From an uncultured Nitrososphaerota archaeon (GTDB lineage: Archaea > Thermoproteota > Nitrososphaeria > Nitrososphaerales > CADDZS01), in the NCBI GenBank assembly GCA_963799845.1, contig CAWCYI010000008.1, positions 23,490 through 87,489 on the forward strand: DNA of 64,000 nucleotides. Direction: 5' to 3'. The first letter of the stretch is position 1, and every line of letters begins with the position of its first letter. Positions 58,895 through 64,000 of this stretch are shown here, one piece after another. A program made the translations under genes and the position numbers. The notes under the pieces were generated by a model that made no database searches, had not been told where the DNA came from, and was given only the letters and a program-made list of their open reading frames with translations.

Positions 58895-59590
58895 AGTGAG
58901 GTCCAGCATCGCCTGCACCAGCTCAGCCGGTTTTGTCGTATCCATCCGCCAGTGACCCGACTCAGGGTCCGGTACTTCCCGTCCAGCTTCTCCTTCAGGA
59001 TTGCCTCGACGTCGTCACCGCCGCCGGTAGCCAGAATGTAGGCTTCTTTACTGAATTCAATTTCTCGGACAGTGTCACCGTGTCACCAGCATACCTCATG
59101 AGCCAGGGCGTGACTTTGGATAGCATCCATTCTCGATTTCTCCCCTCGACGTCTTTTCCGATGTTTGCAAGGATTTCTTCGGTGAGGGGAATCCTCCATC
59201 CGTCGCTGAGCAATGGCCAACCCTCTGAACTGAAGTCCCCTTGTGGCGTCCGGACCCTCGCGGGCCTGAATGCGTCTAGGAAGAGCAAGTGTTCCTATCC
59301 GCTCAGGCATCCTGTCCGCGACGCCGGCGACAACTTTGCCCGAAGCTGTGCCCCACCAGCACCACATCCTCGAGACCTTCGTAAACGATGGCGTTGATGA
59401 CATCCTGTATTGCTGTTTCGATCCGCAACCTGTTGTGTCGCCAGATGAACCCTGTCACCCATTCCGGTGAGCGTCAGGGGATAAACCGCGTTCCCTCCAA
59501 GGCTCGAGCAGCCGAACGACCCGCCGCCATGCCCACGCTCCAAGCCATGCGCCGGGCACCAGGACGAATGTCTTCTTCGGCACGATACCT
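58895..59590 (-). pseudogene. GC-rich alpha/beta hydrolase remnant with multiple frameshifts
   Basis: TFVLVPGAWLGAWAW, LTLTGMGDR, DVVLVGHSFG, LFLDAFRP in different frames. Confidence 0.7.
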
Positions 59591-59753
59591 AAATCCCTCA
59601 TCGCGCGTATAAATCATACAGGATCTCTGGAGTCGAGTCCGGGACGTAATTTCAACCAGAAGTATTGTTGGAAATTCAGTAGGCGGCATATGGAAGGACG
59701 GGGAGTGGTGCGAGAAGGTTGGCTGGCCATGTGACCTCTATTTTTGGAATAGG

Positions 59754-61607
59754 CTAAGTCGAAAATATTTCAATCGATTTACCTGCTCGGATCGCCGTTA
59801 GTAACTTCCTCCCTAACTCCGATTTCTTTGCAAACTTTAGTCTGGCTTTCTGTCCGATCCTCGTCGTCAGCAGAAGTTCCTCGTCGATGAATATCTTCAC
59901 TTCTTCGCCAATGGATTCTGTGTCAAAAAATATCTCTATCGAGCCAGCCTTTTCCTTGTAATCGAAGGCTAATTTCTTGCCTTCCGGTTTCTCCTCTCTT
60001 TCTTCCGCAATTCCGGCATTTCCATTCTTGGGTCTGACGTCAATTCCAATCGAAAGGGACTCTTCAATTTCTTTAATCGTTGCTCCGCCCCTACCTATGA
60101 CGCGTGGAATTACAGATTCGTCCAGCGTGACTTCAGACTTTCGACGGAGAAATTATCTTGACGACGGCGTTCGGATCGTACTTTCTGAAAGTTTGCAGTA
60201 TTCTTTCCTTCGCGAGTTTGTCTACCCCTGTTGACTCTTGAGAATTCTTTCGAATCTCGTCAATGGGAATGACCACGTTCTCTTCTCCAAAAGTGTAAAT
60301 CTCGTAAGCCAACTTCCCCGATTCGAATTCGCGGACCTCAACAACAGGCCTCGCAAGATCCGGCTCATTCATTCCAGACGGAACTTTGACCACAAGTTTT
60401 AAGTCAAGTACCTGTTCAATTTTTCCGGCTTTCACGAAGATTACCGTATCGACGATGTGGGGTATCATCCCGAGTTCAATTCGACTCATGAACCTCTGGA
60501 CTGCGCTCACCGGATCGCTTGCATGAACAACGCCTACCATGCCAACTCCGGCGAGCCTCATGTCGGCAAATATCTGGAAATCTCTGGTCTTTCGCACCTC
60601 GTCGAAGACAGTATAGTCCGGCCTTACCAAAAGAAGGATCTCTGCTGTCTTTTCAAAATCCCCTTCCAGAGCTCCGTACTGCGTGATGCCTTTCGAAACC
60701 TGGAGGTCTTTGGGCGATTCAAATGTCTTGACGACCTTCCTTTTTTCTAGGAAGAAATCGGCGACGCTGCTCGCAAGGGTCGATTTGCCGGAACCCGGAG
60801 GACCTGCGATTATGACTCCCTCGGCCCTGGTTGCCAGTCTCTGGATCAGTTTTTCAGACAGGTCATAATCGGCCAGAGTCAGCCTGACCAGCGGTCTTAC
60901 AATTGTGATCTTCGAGCCCGTCAGAAAATGGCGGCCTTGCAATGGCGACACGATACTGCCCTACTGGATTACAGTCGCCCCGTTCCTGCTTATCTCTACG
61001 CTTCCGTTGGATGCGACTCTAGCTGCTTCAGCGATTTCCTTTGCGAGCACTCTAACTCTTGGCGCTGGATTTCCTGATCCGAGATCGGCAGGTAATCGAA
61101 ATTTCCCGGCAGTCCTCTTTTTGCGTACGGGGGTACGCCTTCCTTCAGGTGAAGACTCAGAGTCGTCGAATCGAAATATCTTTCGAACTGCAGTCCGGTT
61201 GTTTTGACCTCGGAACGATAATGAATGACCTCGATACCCTCGGCCTTGCCAACCAGCGCCTGAACGTAATCGGCTGTTATGAGGACTGCTCCGCGAGTCT
61301 TTGCAATGTCTCTGATCAGGGCATCTATTCTGCCAGAACGCGCCAGTTTGATGTCCTCCATCGAAGGCCTCTCTCCATCGAAACTGAGCTTGATTTTCTT
61401 CTCGTCACTGAGTTTCCGGATCTTTGTCAGTTCTTCGAGCCCGATGAATCCCTCCTCGCGATGTTTCGAAGCTTGTGCCTGCAATTCGTCCAGCGAAGCT
61501 ACCGGAACTATGATTTCAGAGCCTTCCGATATCTCCCCCGAAGAGATCATCGGAGTCACCTTGCCGTCAATAATCACGCTGGTGTCGAGTACTAACTTCT
61601 GAATCAA
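59754..61607 (-). CDS. PINA ATPase (PIN + ATPase + KH), frameshifts near 61030 and 60135
   Basis: VLDTSVIIDG PIN, GPPGSGKST, RPDYTVFDEVR, ELGMIP, RVIGRGG KH. Confidence 0.9.
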
Positions 61608-61628
61608 TTTTCCAAGACCAGTCCAGAG

Positions 61629-63299
61629 TTATTCGCGTTTCGTATCGTTGCGCATCATGGGAATCTTCACTCCGCGATCCCTTGCAACTTTCATTGCAGA
61701 CCCGTATCCTGCGTCAACGTGCCTCGCAACTCCGGTACCGGGATCGTTTGTCAAGCATCTGTCAAGCCGTATTTTCATGTCGTCGCTACCATCGGCGACG
61801 ACGACGAGACCCGCATGAATGCTGTAGCCGATTCCCACGCCGCCTCCGTGGTGAACTGAGACCCATGACGCGCCCGACGTGGCGTTGAGCAGCGCATTCA
61901 ATATCGGCCAGTCTGCAATCGCATCACTGCCGTCGGCCATTCCCTCAGTCTCCCGATAGGGAGAAGTCTACCGAACCGGAATCAAGATGATCCCTGCCTA
62001 TTACAATCGGGGCTTCGATATCTCCACGGGCCACGGCCTCGTTGATCAACTTCCCAAACCTGGCTCTTTCGCCGTATCCCAGCCAGCATACTCGTGCCGG
62101 AAGTCCTTGAAAACTGACTTTTTCACGCGCCTTTTCGATCCAGCGAACGAGTCCCTTGTTCTTCGCAAATTCATCAGTCGCGATCTTGTCCGTTACGAAG
62201 ATATCCTCGGGGTTTCCCGATAGAGCCGCCCAGCGAAATGGTCCCCGACCCTCGCAAAACAAAGGTCGGATGTATTCTGGAACGAACCCCTTTATAGAAA
62301 ATGCATCTGCTACACCAGCATCATACGCCTGTTTGCGAATGTTGTTGCCATAGTCGAATGTCACTGCTCCACCAGCCTGTAATTTCAGCATCGCCCTAAC
62401 ATGAACCGCCATTGACTGCATTGATTTCTGAACATACATTTTCTTGTCGGAACGACGCAAAGTGTCTGCGGTCTTGACATCGTATCCGCTAGGAATGTAT
62501 CCGTTTAGAGGATCATGCGCAGAAGTCTGATCAGTCAATATGTCCGGGGCGAATTCACGGGAGACCAGATCTGGTAGAATATCGGCCGAATTTCCCTGTA
62601 GAGCAATCGAAAGTGCGCGTTGATCGTCCCGCGCGTCCTTCGCAATTGAAAGTGCCTCATCGACACTTTCAGTCTTGACATCGCAGTACTTCGTCCTGAT
62701 TCGCCGTTCAATCTTGTCCGGATCGACTTCGATAACAATTGCAACTCCGTCGTTCATCGTGACTGCAAGCGGCTGCGCCCCGCCCATCTCGCCCAGTCCC
62801 GATGTTAGAGTGATGGTCCCAGCGAGAGTTCCCTTGAATTTCCTGTCGGCAACTGCAGCGAGAGTTTCATAAGTTCCTTGGAGAATTCCCTGCGTGCCGA
62901 TGTAAATCCAAGAACCGGCCGTCATTTGCCCATACATTGTGAGCCCTTTTGCTTCGATATCCAAAACTGCTCCCAGGTCGCCCAGTGCGGTACGAGCATG
63001 GCGTTAGAAATCAGGACTCGCGGTGAGTAGGCGTGAGTTTTGAACACCCCGACCGGCTTGCCCGATTGAACCAGGAGCGTTTCGTCGTTTTCCAGTTCTC
63101 GAAGGGAATCAACTATCTGATGGAAACAATCCCAGTTCCTGGCAGCCTTTCCGGTCCCCCCATAGACTATGAGGTTGTCAGGATCACGCGCCACCTCGGG
63201 GTCTAGATTATTCATCAGCATGCGCAAAGCGGCTTCCTGATGCCAGCTCTTGCACGATAGTTCTCTTCCGCGCGGAGCGCGAACTGCATTTCTTATCAT
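61629..63299 (-). CDS. hutU: Urocanate hydratase, two single-base frameshifts (~62960, ~61965)
   Basis: [57 protein letters not shown]. Confidence 0.95.
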
Positions 63300-63452
63300 T
63301 GTCTGTGAAATTGAAGATCATCCTGAGGATAATACCTTTCCCATTACTGCTCGACAATGGATTAGCTCCTACTCTGAGGGTTCGGGAACTAATCCGTTTT
63401 TCAGAATTGGATAATCGTTCGGAACTTTGTTTAATAGACGCACCAATTCTGA

Positions 63453-64000
63453 TTGACTAATTTTCAAATTGACATCGAGTCCACATCCAAGGGCGGATCT
63501 AGTCCTCTACAACATCGGAGAGCTCCTACCTTCTCGGGTCATTCAAGCAAGCCGATTTTATTTCCGACCCAGAGTTCTCTTGGAGTTCTCAACACTAAGG
63601 ATTTGTGCGTAGCAATTGCAGGAGAAAAAATAGTCTACGTGGGGAGAAGATCCGATCTGAATGAAAAACTCTCTACCTCGTCATCGACTGAAGTCGACTG
63701 TCAAAAGCATCTTGTGATGCCTGGTTTTGTTGATTCGCACACCCACGCAATTTTTGCCGGCAGCAGGAGAAAGTGAGCTTTCGTCCAAACTTTCAGGAAT
63801 GTCGTATCTTGACATCCTGAAGTCAGGGGGAGGAATCCTCAAGACAGTCAGAGAAACGAATCGAGCCTCGGATGAAGACCTGATTTCCCAAACAAGAAAG
63901 AGACTTGAAAGAATGTTGTCCTTCGGGTACAACGACCGCGGAAGTGAAGACAGGATATTCGCTCACCGTCTCCGGAGAGATCAGGATGTTGGAGTTGTTG
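63453..64000 (+). CDS. hutI: Imidazolonepropionase, 5' part, frameshifted and truncated by window end
   Basis: PGFVDSHTHAIFAG, SYLDILKSGGGILKTV, TTAEVKTGY; divergent from hutU. Confidence 0.88.

Noticed and set aside
50525-64000. The 8-nt-loop tRNA-Gln as suppressor of the many frameshifts
   Set aside because: Shifts go in both directions and those I traced are not at Gln codons
1-64000. CRISPR array or cas genes
   Set aside because: No regularly spaced repeat-spacer series or cas motifs seen

Overview
Archaeal chromosome segment, most consistent with a non-ammonia-oxidising Nitrososphaerota/TACK lineage (PCNA, PAC2, Elp3, PINA, DRG GTPase, intron-containing tRNA-Arg; taxonomy is inferred). 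Bases 1-23 kb are mostly intact housekeeping and metabolic genes, plus a MoxR/DUF58 operon and one intact IS630 inserted in the shared stop codons of two convergent genes. Bases 23.3-49.5 kb form a patchy accessory region ending at tRNA-Arg(GCG). It holds a duplicated AbrB-like 3' end, a virus-like gene run, an orphan IS605-type end, a GC-rich bacterial-type GT4/GH130 pair, stress genes (CsbD, DUF1328), and a DUF3494 ice-binding protein gene bracketed by two copies of an unrecognised, strongly base-paired ~67-bp element (best candidate for something new). Bases 49.8-64 kb return to core genes (argS, aminotransferase, tRNA-Gln, PINA, hutU, hutI), many split by single-base indels that look like long-read consensus errors. 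No CRISPR array, rRNA or integrase was seen. All family assignments are from motif recognition by eye, not database searches.
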